The notes: generated by a model not told the origin, from the letters alone. Shown: positions 17,524-27,317, counted from the stretch's first letter. The stretch: 64,000 nucleotides of DNA from Allosphingosinicella sp. (GCF_044225925.1 NZ_JBGAHY010000020.1); one strand, 5' to 3'. Program-made: numbers and translations.

Positions 17524-18330
17524 GTGACCCTCAGCATCGCCCAGGCCTGCCGCGGCGTCCTGCTGACCGCATCGCCGCGCGCCAAGGTCATGGCGGCGCG
17601 GAAGGTCGCGCGGCTGTGGCGGCAGGGCGCGCTCGGCCATGCTTTCGACGTCGAGATGCCGGCCCGGCCCGCGCGCCCCGACCAGCCAGAATTGCTGCCG
17701 CCGAACCGAATGCCGAAACGGGGCCGCGCCGGCTCCGAGCGCAGCCGGATCGCCTTGCTGCACGCGCTCGCCCATATCGAGTTCGGCGCGATCGATCTCG
17801 CCTTCGACATGGCCGGGCGCTTCGGCGCGGCCTTCCCGCGCAGCTTCGTCGACGACTGGCTGTCGGTCGGCGCGGACGAGGCGCTGCATTTCGCCCTGCT
17901 CGACCGGCGGCTCCGCAGCCTTGGCGCCGCCTATGGGGCGCTGCCAGCCCATGACGGGCTTTGGGAGGCGGCCGCCGAAACCGCGCATGACGCCGGCGCC
18001 CGGTTGGCGGTCGTGCCGATGGTGCTGGAGGCGCGCGGGCTCGACGTCACGCCCGCGACCTTGGCCTCGTTCGAGCGGGCTGGCGACCCGCGCTCGGCGG
18101 TCATTCTGAACCGCATCTACCATGACGAAATCCGCCACGTCGCGATCGGCACAGCCTGGTTCAAGACGTGGTGCGAATCTCGCAATCTTGACCCTGCACC
18201 TGAATGGCGGTGCCTGATTCGCCGGCACTTTCGGGGGATCGTTAAGCCTCCGTTCAACGATTCAGCGCGGGGTGAAGCCGGTCTGTCCCGCGAATTTTAC
18301 GCGGAGGTTGCCCCGAACGAGGCAGCCTAG
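17524..18330 (+). CDS. ferritin-like DUF455 family protein
   Basis: LLHALAHIEFGAIDLAFD... and RIYHDEIRHVAIG motifs are typical of DUF455. Confidence 0.7.
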   Translation: MTLSIAQACRGVLLTASPRAKVMAARKVARLWRQGALGHAFDVEMPARPARPDQPELLPPNRMPKRGRAGSERSRIALLHALAHIEFGAIDLAFDMAGRFGAAFPRSFVDDWLSVGADEALHFALLDRRLRSLGAAYGALPAHDGLWEAAAETAHDAGARLAVVPMVLEARGLDVTPATLASFERAGDPRSAVILNRIYHDEIRHVAIGTAWFKTWCESRNLDPAPEWRCLIRRHFRGIVKPPFNDSARGEAGLSREFYAEVAPNEAA

Positions 18331-18459
18331 CATTCTTGGCCCGGATTTTGGGTGGGCATTTCACAAAATCGGATTCGAGCCGGGCAGGTAGGCCCTTCTT
18401 TGTTCATACGGTCGCCCGGCGCGGCCGACCCGGTCCAGGGGGACCGAGCGGGGATCAGA

Positions 18460-19581
18460 ATGACCAGTTTCGTTGCGACGGCCAATCGGGCGTCCAGGTT
18501 CGGCGATATTTTCAAGCCGCGCGACATCTTCCTGCACGACGGCAAGAGCCTCCGCCGCTTCACCATCGGCGCGAAGCTGCAGATGGCCGTGGTCGGCGCT
18601 TTGGCCTTCCTGATGATCTGGTCGGTGGTCGCCACGATCACCGCGTTCAACGCGATGAGCGGCGACGTCGCCCGCATGCAACGCCAGGTCTCGCAGATGG
18701 AGACGGACATCCAGGCGATGCGCTCCGCGGTCAACGACCGCGCCGCCCAGCTTGAGCAACGTAACGCCTTCCTCGAGAATATGATCTCCGGTCGCGCCAA
18801 TGCGACCCAGCTTTCGCAGCAGCTGCCGGACAACGTCACACCCCCGTCAAATGTGCAGGCCGCGGCCATGGTCTCCGGCTTCAACCGTGTCGATGCCATG
18901 CAGACCGCGATGGCCGATCGCCTCCAGGCGATGACCCGTCAGCGCTACGACCAGGCCGCTGCGGCGCTGCGCGCCCGCGGCTTCGATCCGGCCCGCTTCT
19001 ATACCGGGCAGGGCGGGCCGCTCGAGCCGGCCGATGCCGGCGACGATGCCGATCCGCGCTTCCGCAGCTTGTTCATGACCTGGCGCGCGCTCGACCAGCT
19101 CGAGACCGGCGTTGCCTCGATCCCGTCGGCCCGCCCGATCGTCACCTCCGCGAATTTTACGTCCGGCTATGGCGTCCGCTCCGATCCGTTCCGCGGCAGC
19201 GCCGCCATGCATGCCGGCATCGATCTCGCCGGCCCGCTCGGCACGCCGGTCTATGCCACCGCCGACGGCGTCGTCGGCCGCTCCGAATGGAACAATGGCG
19301 GCTATGGCAATCTGATCGAGGTCAATCACGGTCAGGGCATCCAGACCCGCTTCGGCCATTTGTCGCAGCGCCTCGTCCAGGCCGGCGAGCGCGTCCATCG
19401 CGGGCAGCTGATCGGGCTGATGGGCTCGACGGGCCGCTCGACCGGAAGCCACCTCCATTACGAGGTCCGCATCGACGGTCGCGCGGTAAACCCGATCCCC
19501 TTCATGCAGCAGCCGGCGGCGACGATGGCCTCCCTGCAGCGCCCAGCCGCGATCGGCGGCCCGGCGGCCGGTTCGCGCTAG
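18460..19581 (+). CDS. M23 family metallopeptidase
   Basis: ATG at 18460 within track ORF 18352..19581. TM segment, then a coiled region, then HAGIDLAGPLGTPVYA...GSTGRSTGSHLHYEVR (LytM/M23 motifs). Confidence 0.85.
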   Translation: MTSFVATANRASRFGDIFKPRDIFLHDGKSLRRFTIGAKLQMAVVGALAFLMIWSVVATITAFNAMSGDVARMQRQVSQMETDIQAMRSAVNDRAAQLEQRNAFLENMISGRANATQLSQQLPDNVTPPSNVQAAAMVSGFNRVDAMQTAMADRLQAMTRQRYDQAAAALRARGFDPARFYTGQGGPLEPADAGDDADPRFRSLFMTWRALDQLETGVASIPSARPIVTSANFTSGYGVRSDPFRGSAAMHAGIDLAGPLGTPVYATADGVVGRSEWNNGGYGNLIEVNHGQGIQTRFGHLSQRLVQAGERVHRGQLIGLMGSTGRSTGSHLHYEVRIDGRAVNPIPFMQQPAATMASLQRPAAIGGPAAGSR

Positions 19582-19613
19582 ATCCTCACAGCTAGGGAGA
19601 GGCCTTAAGGCCG

Positions 19614-19641
19614 AAGGCCCCGCCGGCGACGGCGGGGCCTT
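19614..19641. terminator. bidirectional rho-independent-type terminator
   Basis: aaggccccgcc-N6-ggcggggcctt followed by tttcc. It lies between the convergent M23 and CDF genes. Confidence 0.65.
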
Positions 19642-19652
19642 TTCCTTGATGC

Positions 19653-20630
19653 CTAGTGGGCGTGGTCGCCCAGCGCGCAGTCGCCGGTGCCGATCTCGAT
19701 CTGGAAGGTCGAGTGGGTGATACCGAAATGGTGCGCGACCTCATGCGCACAGCCCTGCAGGAAGGGGTCGCCGGGGAAGCCGGCGGGCATGACCAGGTGG
19801 GCGGTCAGCGCATATTCGGTCGTGCTCATCGACCAGATGTGGAGATCGTGGACCCTTGTCACGCCGTCCAGCGCAAGCAGGTGGTCCTCGACATGGTCCG
19901 GATCGATGCTGCGCGGCACGCCCGCCATCGCCATGGTCAGCGATTCCCGGAACAGGTCGGCGGTGGCGAGGAAGATCATGCCGGCGACGATCAGGCTGGT
20001 GACCGGGTCGATCCAGAGCCAGCCGGTGAATTCGATGCCGATGCCCGCGACCACTACCCCGGCCGAGACCGCGGCATCCGCGATCATATGCAAATAGGCG
20101 CCGCGCACATTGATGTCGCTCTTGCGGCCGCGCACGAACATCAGCGCCGTGCCGAGATTGATCGCGATGCCGATCGCCGCGACCAGGATCACCGTGTCGC
20201 CCTTGACCAGGTCCGGCACGATCAGCCGCCAGGCGGCGTGATAGACGATCAGGCAGACCGCGATCAGCAGCAGCAGCGCATTGGCGAGCGCGGCGAGGAT
20301 CGAGGCGCCACGGAAGCCGTAGGAAAAGCGCCGCGAGGCCGGGCGCTTCGCCAGCACCGCGCCGACCCAGGCGGTGGCGAGCCCCAATACGTCCGCCAGA
20401 TTGTGACCGGCATCGGCGAGGAGGGCCATGGAGTTGGCCTGCCAGCCATAGACCGCCTCGACCACGACGAAGCCGAGATTGAGGATGATCCCGATCAGGA
20501 AGGCGCGGCCGAAATCGGCGGGATGATGGTGGTGGCCATGGCCGTGCGCATGGTCGTGCCCGTGAGAATGACCGGCGTGCGAGTGACTATGCGGCAAGGA
20601 CAAAGCTCCGACGCGCCCGCGGACGGGCAA
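19653..20630 (-). CDS. cation diffusion facilitator family transporter (CzcD/ZitB-like)
   Basis: His-rich N-terminus HSHSHAGHSHGHDHAHGHGHHHH; TM core with MALLADAGHNLADV. TTG start is uncertain. Confidence 0.85.
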   Translation of the reverse strand: MPVRGRVGALSLPHSHSHAGHSHGHDHAHGHGHHHHPADFGRAFLIGIILNLGFVVVEAVYGWQANSMALLADAGHNLADVLGLATAWVGAVLAKRPASRRFSYGFRGASILAALANALLLLIAVCLIVYHAAWRLIVPDLVKGDTVILVAAIGIAINLGTALMFVRGRKSDINVRGAYLHMIADAAVSAGVVVAGIGIEFTGWLWIDPVTSLIVAGMIFLATADLFRESLTMAMAGVPRSIDPDHVEDHLLALDGVTRVHDLHIWSMSTTEYALTAHLVMPAGFPGDPFLQGCAHEVAHHFGITHSTFQIEIGTGDCALGDHAH

Positions 20631-20657
20631 TGGATCGGAGGCTAGACGAGAATGTTG

Positions 20658-20744
20658 CCGTCATTCCAGCGAAAGCTGGAATCTCGCTGCCTTTGCAGCC
20701 GTCGGGAAGGGGAAGTGAGATTCCAGCCTTCGCTGGAATGACGG
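20658..20744. repeat. REP/MITE-like double-hairpin element, copy 1
   Basis: Arms ccgtcattccagcgaaagctggaatctc (20658-20685) and gagattccagccttcgctggaatgacgg (20717-20744) are inverted repeats. Each arm also contains its own ttccagc/gctggaa hairpin. A second copy lies at 47206-47292. Confidence 0.75.
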
Positions 20745-20757
20745 GTGGGAACCTCGC

Positions 20758-21537
20758 CTATTTCCCGCGCTTCGCCCGATGCTCTTCCAGATCCAGTACC
20801 GGATTGGCCTCGCCCTCGGGCAGCAGGCCGAGCCGGCGCGCCACTTCCTGATAGGCCTCCGCCTCGCCGCCCAGGTCGCGGCGGAAGCGGTCCTTGTCGA
20901 GCTTCTCGTTGCTGGTCATGTCCCAGAGGCGGCAGCCGTCCGGGCTGATCTCGTCGGCGAGGATGATCCGGGCATATTCATTTTCCCAGATCCGCCCGAA
21001 CTCCAGCTTGAAGTCGACGAGGCGGATGCCGATCGCCGCGAACAGGCCGCAGAGGAAGTCGTTCACGCGGATCGCCATGTCGGCGATGTCGTTCATCTCC
21101 TCCTGCGTCGCCCAGCCGAAGGCGGCGATATGCTCGTCCGCGATCATCGGATCGCCGAGCGCGTCGTCCTTGTAGAAATATTCGATGATCGTGCGGGGGA
21201 GCTGGGTGCCCTCCTCGATCCCGAGCCGCGTCGAGAGCGTGCCGGCGGCGACGTTCCGAACGACCACCTCGATGGGTACGATCTCCACCTGGCGGATCAA
21301 TTGCTCGCGCATGTTGAGCCGGCGGATGAAGTGGGTCGGGATGCCGATTGTGCCGAGCAGGGTGAAGATATGCTCGGAGATACGGTTGTTCAGCACGCCC
21401 TTGCCGCTGATCGTGCCCTTCTTCTGGGCATTGAACGCGGTCGCATCATCCTTGAAATACTGGATGAGCGTGCCGGGCTCCGGGCCCTCGTAGAGGATCT
21501 TGGCCTTGCCCTCGTAGATCATGCGGCGGCGGGACAT
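20758..21537 (-). CDS. purC: phosphoribosylaminoimidazole-succinocarboxamide synthase
   Basis: Start re-picked at [18 protein letters not shown]. Full-length PurC-like sequence. Confidence 0.9.
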   Translation of the reverse strand: MSRRRMIYEGKAKILYEGPEPGTLIQYFKDDATAFNAQKKGTISGKGVLNNRISEHIFTLLGTIGIPTHFIRRLNMREQLIRQVEIVPIEVVVRNVAAGTLSTRLGIEEGTQLPRTIIEYFYKDDALGDPMIADEHIAAFGWATQEEMNDIADMAIRVNDFLCGLFAAIGIRLVDFKLEFGRIWENEYARIILADEISPDGCRLWDMTSNEKLDKDRFRRDLGGEAEAYQEVARRLGLLPEGEANPVLDLEEHRAKRGK

Positions 21538-21629
21538 AAGGAATCGGGCCTCCGGACGGTGAGGTTGCAAGGGAAGCGGCTCTATAGTGAAGGTAGGTCG
21601 TTAGGGCAACGCGGGGGAAGGAGAGCAAC

Positions 21630-22046
21630 ATGCTTGCGAAATACGGGATCGCCTATCTGGCTACCGGCCTGTCCTTCGCCGCGATCGACGCGGCCTGGCT
21701 GAGCCGGATGGGGCCGACCTTCTACAAGAGCCAGCTCGGCGAGATGATGCTGGCCCGGCCACGCTTCGACGCCGCCATCGCCTTCTACCTCATCTACATC
21801 GCCGGCATCGTCTTCTTCGCGGTGGCGCCCGCCTTCGGCCATGGCGGGACGGGGTGGAAGACCGCGCTTGGCTATGGCGCCGTGCTCGGCTTCTTCGCCT
21901 ACGCGACCTACGATCTGACCAACCGGGCAACGCTCAGCACCTGGCCATGGAAGCTGACCCTGATCGACATGGCCTGGGGGACGTTCCTGACCGGCGCAGC
22001 GGCGACGGCCGGCTATCTGGTGACCAAGCTCATCATCCGCGCCTAG
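21630..22046 (+). CDS. DUF2177 family membrane protein
   Basis: 138 aa, 4 TM segments; LSFAAIDAAWLS... pattern. Typical neighbour of DUF1295/DUF1365 genes. Confidence 0.6.
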   Translation: MLAKYGIAYLATGLSFAAIDAAWLSRMGPTFYKSQLGEMMLARPRFDAAIAFYLIYIAGIVFFAVAPAFGHGGTGWKTALGYGAVLGFFAYATYDLTNRATLSTWPWKLTLIDMAWGTFLTGAAATAGYLVTKLIIRA

Positions 22047-22809
22047 GCGGCAGCGGGAAAAAAGGGCTGGTGCGCGTCTTGTAGGCGCGCCACGCGGCGC
22101 CGCGCGAGCGCTCCATATGCGCCTCGAGATGGGGGATGCCGGAGGCGTAGACGAGCAGCCAGTACATCATCGCCGGGCCGATCATGGCGAGCCAGCCCTG
22201 CCAGTAATGCGGGGTGACCGCGATCGCGACATAGGCCCACCAGCCGAACCATTCGAAGAAATAATTGGGATGGCGCGACCAGGCCCAGAGGCCGGTGTCG
22301 GCGACACCGCCATGATGGCTGCGGCCATAGGCACGGACCTGCGCGTCGGCGACGCCCTCGCCGACGACCGCAATGCCCAGCAGTGCGACGCCGAGCCAGT
22401 CCTGCCAATCGAGGCCTGGGCGGGGGGCATGGGCGGCGGCCCAGACCGAGACGGCGAGGCCGAAGCCGCACACAGCCTGGATCTGCAGGAAGAAGAGCAG
22501 CCGGCCTTTCCAGGCGGCGCCCCATTGCTGGACCAAAGCGGCGTAGCGCGGGTCGTCCCTCGTCGCCTTCATGGTGCGCGCGGCGATGTGGCTGGCGAGG
22601 CGGAAGGACCAGGCGCCGGCCAAGGCGGCGCAGAGCCATTGGCGAGGCTGAATGTCGTGGAATGGGGCCAGAGCGAGGAAGACCGCCGCAAGCCCGCAGC
22701 CGCCGGACCAGCAGGCGTCGATCCAGCCGGACTGGCCGGTCCGGAGCCGCACAGCCCATGCCAGCGTCATGATCGCCCCGAGGGTCAATGCAGCGGCGAG
22801 AAGCTCCAT
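22033..22809 (-). CDS. DUF1295 (steroid 5-alpha-reductase-like) membrane protein
   Basis: GLWAWSRHPNYFFEWFGWW motif. Start re-picked at MELLAAALTLG. Confidence 0.7.
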   Translation of the reverse strand: MELLAAALTLGAIMTLAWAVRLRTGQSGWIDACWSGGCGLAAVFLALAPFHDIQPRQWLCAALAGAWSFRLASHIAARTMKATRDDPRYAALVQQWGAAWKGRLLFFLQIQAVCGFGLAVSVWAAAHAPRPGLDWQDWLGVALLGIAVVGEGVADAQVRAYGRSHHGGVADTGLWAWSRHPNYFFEWFGWWAYVAIAVTPHYWQGWLAMIGPAMMYWLLVYASGIPHLEAHMERSRGAAWRAYKTRTSPFFPLPPRRG

Positions 22810-22884
22810 CGCCTCATCCTCCATCTTCGTCGCAGCCTTGTGTCGCATGGCTCGTTAGGGGGAGATAGCAATCTGCGATAGAGG

Positions 22885-24231
22885 GTGGGGATGGAGTCGG
22901 GCTTGAGAGCGAAGATCGCCGTGATCGGCAGCGGGATATCGGGCCTTTCGGCCGCCTGGCTGCTGTCGCAACGCCATGAAATCACGCTGTTCGAGAAGGA
23001 CTGGCGCGCCGGCGGCCATAGCCGCACGGTCGAGGTGGACCTGCCGGGCATGGGCAGCGTGCCGGTCGACACGGGCTTCATCGTGTTCAACGAGGCGACC
23101 TATCCCAACCTGACGGCCCTTTTCGCGCATCTCGGCGTCGCGACCAAGAAGTCGGACATGAGCTTCGCCGTCTCGCTGGATGGCGGCGCCTTCGAATATT
23201 CCGGCGCGGCCGGGCTGACGGGCCTGTTCGCGCAGCGGCGCAACATGCTCTCCCCGCGTTTCTGGTCGATGCTCCGCGATCTGATCCGCTTCTACCGCGA
23301 GGCGCCTGCCCATGCCGGCAAGCTCGGCCTTGCCACGCTCGGCGAGTTCCTCGCCTCCGGAAAATATGGCCCGGCCTTCCGCGACGATCACCTGCTGCCG
23401 ATGGCGGCGGCGATCTGGTCGGCGCCCTGCCATTCGATCCTCGATTATCCGGCGGAGAGCTTCATCCGCTTCTGCGAGAATCACGGCCTGCTGCAGATTC
23501 GCCGCCGCCCGCGCTGGCGCACGGTCGAGGGCGGGGCCCGCGCCTATGTCGAGAAGATGCTTGGCGGGATGAACGGCCGGGTCCAGCTCGGCCGCGGCGC
23601 GACGCAGGTGCGGCGGACCCGCGACGGCGTCTGGATCCACGACACGGACGGCGGCGCCGAGCTGTTCGACAAGGTGGTGATCGCCACCCATGCCGACCAG
23701 GCGCTCGGTCTGCTCGCCGATCCGACGCCGGCCGAGGCCAGTCTGCTCGGCTGCTTCCGCTACAGCCGGAACAGCGCGATCCTGCATGACGATCCAAAGC
23801 TGATGCCGCGCCGGCGCAAGGCCTGGTCGAGCTGGAACTATCTGGGCCAGCGCGTTCCCGGCGGTGGCACCAACGGGCTTTGCGTGTCCTACTGGATGAA
23901 CCGGCTGCAGGGGATCGATCATCCCCGGCCGCTCATCATGACGCTCAACCCGAATCGCGAGCCGACGCCGGGCAGCATCATCGATGCCACCGAATTCGAT
24001 CATCCGCTGTTCGACAATGCGGCGATGGCGGCGCAGCGGGACTTCTGGCCGATCCAGGGCGAGAACCGGACTTATTATTGCGGCGCCTGGCTCGGCGCAG
24101 GCTTCCATGAGGATGGACTGCAGGCAGGGCTTGCTGTGGCGGAGGCCATCGGGGCCGAGCGGCCCTGGCAGCTGGCCGAGCCCAACGGCCGCATCCATGT
24201 AACGCCGCCTGTGCTGGCGCGGGCGGCATGA
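22885..24231 (+). CDS. NAD(P)/FAD-dependent oxidoreductase (amine-oxidase-like)
   Basis: KIAVIGSGISGLSAAWLL dinucleotide-binding motif; 448 aa. Confidence 0.8.
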   Translation: MGMESGLRAKIAVIGSGISGLSAAWLLSQRHEITLFEKDWRAGGHSRTVEVDLPGMGSVPVDTGFIVFNEATYPNLTALFAHLGVATKKSDMSFAVSLDGGAFEYSGAAGLTGLFAQRRNMLSPRFWSMLRDLIRFYREAPAHAGKLGLATLGEFLASGKYGPAFRDDHLLPMAAAIWSAPCHSILDYPAESFIRFCENHGLLQIRRRPRWRTVEGGARAYVEKMLGGMNGRVQLGRGATQVRRTRDGVWIHDTDGGAELFDKVVIATHADQALGLLADPTPAEASLLGCFRYSRNSAILHDDPKLMPRRRKAWSSWNYLGQRVPGGGTNGLCVSYWMNRLQGIDHPRPLIMTLNPNREPTPGSIIDATEFDHPLFDNAAMAAQRDFWPIQGENRTYYCGAWLGAGFHEDGLQAGLAVAEAIGAERPWQLAEPNGRIHVTPPVLARAA

Positions 24232-24992
24232 ACTCGGCGCTCTATGCCGGGCCGGTGATCCACCAGCGCCTCCGGCCGAAGCGCCACCGCCTGAAATATC
24301 GCATGGCGCAGGGCCTGTTCGACCTCGATGAGCTGGACGAAGTGGCGGGTCGCTTGCGTTTCCTGTCGCGCAACCGCTTCAATCTCTTCGCCTTCCACGA
24401 CCGCGATTATGGCGATGGCTCGAACACGCCCTTGCGCGACCAGATCGAGGCCCATTTGCGCGGCGCCGGGCTGGCGCCGGACGGCGGCCCGATCCGCCTG
24501 CTCGCCATGCCGCGCGTGCTCGGCCATGTCTTCAATCCGATCGCGATCTGGTTCTGCCACCGGCGCGACAACAGCCTGCTGGCGATCATCTACGAGGTCA
24601 CCAACACGCTGAAGCAGCGCCACTCCTATCTGATCCCGGTGACCGAGACGGCCGATGGGACGATCCGCCAGAGCTGCGCCAAGACGCTCTACGTCTCGCC
24701 CTTCATGGACATGGACATGGCCTATGATTTCGCCATCCGCCCGCCGGGCGAGAAGGTTCAGATCGTGGTCAACGGGCGGGACGGGGAGGGGCTGCTTATC
24801 TCCGCGAGCTTCGCCGGCAAGCGCCGGGCGCTGACCGACGGCGCGCTGATGCGGGTCTTCTTCACCATCCCCTTCGTGACGCTGAAGACGGTGATCGGCA
24901 TCCACTGGGAAGCGCTGAAGCTCTGGCTGAAGGGCATCCGCATCCGCCGTGCCCCAGCGCCGCCAGAGGCGAAGGTGACGCTGGGGCGCTAG
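24228..24992 (+). CDS. DUF1365 family protein
   Basis: HQRLRPKRHRLKYRMAQGLFDLDEL...NRFNLFAFHDRDYGDG is typical DUF1365. The start overlaps the upstream stop. Confidence 0.75.
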   Translation: MNSALYAGPVIHQRLRPKRHRLKYRMAQGLFDLDELDEVAGRLRFLSRNRFNLFAFHDRDYGDGSNTPLRDQIEAHLRGAGLAPDGGPIRLLAMPRVLGHVFNPIAIWFCHRRDNSLLAIIYEVTNTLKQRHSYLIPVTETADGTIRQSCAKTLYVSPFMDMDMAYDFAIRPPGEKVQIVVNGRDGEGLLISASFAGKRRALTDGALMRVFFTIPFVTLKTVIGIHWEALKLWLKGIRIRRAPAPPEAKVTLGR

Positions 24993-26212
24993 GTGACCTT
25001 GCTGCGCACCGCGAACTTCGGGTCGCGCCAGGTCTCGTTCGCCATGATCCCCGCCAATATATCGACCGCCTGCCAGATCTCCTCGAAGCCGAGATAAAGG
25101 GGCGTCAGGCCGAAGCGGATCACGTCGGGGGCGCGGAAGTCGCCGATCACGCCGGCGGCGATCAGGGCCTGGCAGATCTCGAAGGCGTGCTCGTGGGCGA
25201 ACGAGATATGGCTGCCGCGCTGGTCCTCGCCGCGCGGGGTGATGCATTTGAATTCGGGCAGCCTCGCCTCCATCAGCCCGACAAAGACATCGAACATGGC
25301 GCGGGACTTGGACCAGAGCCGTTCCATGGTGACGCCGTCAAAGGCATCGAGCGCGCTTTCGAGGGCGGCGAGGCCGAGGATGGGCGGGGTGCCGGCGAGG
25401 AAACGGTCGATGCCACGGGCCGGGCGGTAGTCGTCGGTGAAGGCGAAGGGCTCGGCATGGCCCATCCACCCGCGCAAAGGGGAGAGGAGTTTCTCCTGCA
25501 GAGCTTCCGCGATGTAGAGGAAGGCCGGCGCGCCCGGTCCGCCGTTCAGATATTTGTAGCCGCAGCCGACCGCCAGCTCCGCGCCCGCATCGTTGAGGTG
25601 CAGCGGCACGGCGCCAACGCTGTGCGAGAGATCCCAGACGGTCATCGCCCCGGCGCGCTTCGCCTTGGCGGTGATCCGCGCCATGTCGAACCGCTCGGCG
25701 GTCTTGTAGTGGACGTGGGTGAGGAGGAGGACATTGGTGTCCTTGCCGATCCGCGCCTCCACCTCGGCGCGCGGGGCAATGTCGAGGGTCATCCCGAGCA
25801 CATCCGCAACGCCGCTCGCGATATGGAGGTCGGTGTGGAAATTGCCGCTCTCCGAGAGCAACGTCTTGCGATCCGACAGGCGCGCCGCCGCAACCAGCAG
25901 TTTGAACAGGTTTATCGAGGTGGAATCGGTGACGATCACCTCATGGGGCTTGGCACCGATCAGCGGGGCCAGTTTGGCGCCGACCCGCTGCGGGGCGTTG
26001 ATCCAGTCAGCTGTGTTCCAGCTGCGGATCAGCCCGTCCGCCCATTCCTTCTCCACCACCTCGCGCTGGTGCGGCGCGACCGCTTTGGGCAAAGGCCCAA
26101 GCGAATTGCCGTCGAGATAGATGACGCCCGCGGGCAGGTGGAACCGCTCCCGTAAGCCGCGCAGCGGATCGGCGGCGTCCGCGGCTTTCGCCTCCGCGAG
26201 AGTGAAGCTCAT
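24989..26212 (-). CDS. kynU: kynureninase
   Basis: 407 aa. VIYLDGNSLGPLPK..., WNTADWINAPQRVGAKLAPLIGA... are typical KynU. Confidence 0.85.
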   Translation of the reverse strand: MSFTLAEAKAADAADPLRGLRERFHLPAGVIYLDGNSLGPLPKAVAPHQREVVEKEWADGLIRSWNTADWINAPQRVGAKLAPLIGAKPHEVIVTDSTSINLFKLLVAAARLSDRKTLLSESGNFHTDLHIASGVADVLGMTLDIAPRAEVEARIGKDTNVLLLTHVHYKTAERFDMARITAKAKRAGAMTVWDLSHSVGAVPLHLNDAGAELAVGCGYKYLNGGPGAPAFLYIAEALQEKLLSPLRGWMGHAEPFAFTDDYRPARGIDRFLAGTPPILGLAALESALDAFDGVTMERLWSKSRAMFDVFVGLMEARLPEFKCITPRGEDQRGSHISFAHEHAFEICQALIAAGVIGDFRAPDVIRFGLTPLYLGFEEIWQAVDILAGIMANETWRDPKFAVRSKVT

Positions 26213-27117
26213 CGGTGAAGTGCCCTTTGCAATTCCTCGACCGCCGCGGCCCAGGCGGCCGTCTCTGGCGCGACCAGTTCGACATGGCCGGTATGGTCCA
26301 GCATTCGGATGCGAACGTCGTCGCCGGCGGCGCGCATTGGCCGGGCATAGCCTTCGGCATAGGGGATCGGAATGATCCGGTCCTGCCGGCCGTTGATCAG
26401 TACCTGCGGGAGGCCGAGCGGCGCGAGGCGGGGGACGGAGGTGTCGGCGAAATGGCCGTTCGTCAGTCGGCCGATGACCTCATTGCCGCAGCCATTTTCA
26501 GAGCGCGCCGTCTCTTCGAGATCGGGCAGCCCGCCGAGGCTGACCACTTCGGCGATCGGCAACGGATTCGCCGTCCGGAGCGGAGAATCCGCGGGGAGCC
26601 TGGGGCGACCCGCGAGCCAGAGCGCGAGATGGCCGCCGGCGCTGTGCCCGATCGCGACCACGCGGCGCGTGTCGAGATGATAGTCGGCGGCATGCGCCCG
26701 CAGCGCATCCGCCGCCGCTGCCGCGTCCTGGAAGGTGCCGGGATAGCCGCCGCCCGGCCGGTCGACGCCGCGATAGTCGACATTCCAGACCGCGATGCCG
26801 CGCCGCCTCAGGTCGTCGGCGATCCAGTTCATGATCGTGCGGTCGGCGATCTCGGTCTGCCAGCAGCCGCCATGGACCATCAGCACCACGGGGTGGGGGC
26901 CGGCGCCCGCGGGCACCCAGACGTCCACGACCTGCAGCGGATCGGCGCCATAATGGACGGTGGCCGTTGGCGCCGGACGCGGCCGCCCCAGCAGGTCCGG
27001 CCAGGTCATCAGGGCCTGGGCCCCGTTTCCGTTCTGATTGTCCGCCGTCTGCCCCATGGCACAGGCCGCTAACGCGATGCCCGAGATCAGGGCAAGGGCT
27101 TTCAGGAAGGAGCGCAT
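26209..27117 (-). CDS. alpha/beta hydrolase with lipoprotein signal (arylformamidase-like HGG / GHSAG motifs)
   Basis: MRSFLKALALISGIALAAC lipobox; VLMVHGGCW oxyanion motif; IGHSAGGHL nucleophile elbow. The stop overlaps the kynU ATG (ATGA). Confidence 0.7.
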   Translation of the reverse strand: MRSFLKALALISGIALAACAMGQTADNQNGNGAQALMTWPDLLGRPRPAPTATVHYGADPLQVVDVWVPAGAGPHPVVLMVHGGCWQTEIADRTIMNWIADDLRRRGIAVWNVDYRGVDRPGGGYPGTFQDAAAAADALRAHAADYHLDTRRVVAIGHSAGGHLALWLAGRPRLPADSPLRTANPLPIAEVVSLGGLPDLEETARSENGCGNEVIGRLTNGHFADTSVPRLAPLGLPQVLINGRQDRIIPIPYAEGYARPMRAAGDDVRIRMLDHTGHVELVAPETAAWAAAVEELQRALHR

Positions 27118-27186
27118 GGCGGCCTCTCGCGAGATAGGTCCGCGATAGCCGCCCTGCGTGTCAGTTCAAGGCCAATCGGCCCGGGT

Positions 27187-27306
27187 TCAGTTGCAACGCG
27201 AGCGCTGCGGCGCCCAGGGCGCCTCGAACTGGATTTCGGTCAGCCGGCAGAAGGCGTCGTTGACGGTCCTGCCCAGCTGGCGAAGCGAATGAAGCAAATA
27301 GCTCAT
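27187..27306 (-). CDS. small ORF, 39 aa, two Cys
   Basis: Below the track cutoff as a stand-alone ORF. MSYLLHSLRQLGRTVNDAFCRLTEIQFEAPWAPQRSRCN. AAGGAGAG lies 5 nt upstream of the ATG at 27306. High third-position G+C. Confidence 0.4.
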   Translation of the reverse strand: MSYLLHSLRQLGRTVNDAFCRLTEIQFEAPWAPQRSRCN

Positions 27307-27317
27307 CTCAGCTCTCC

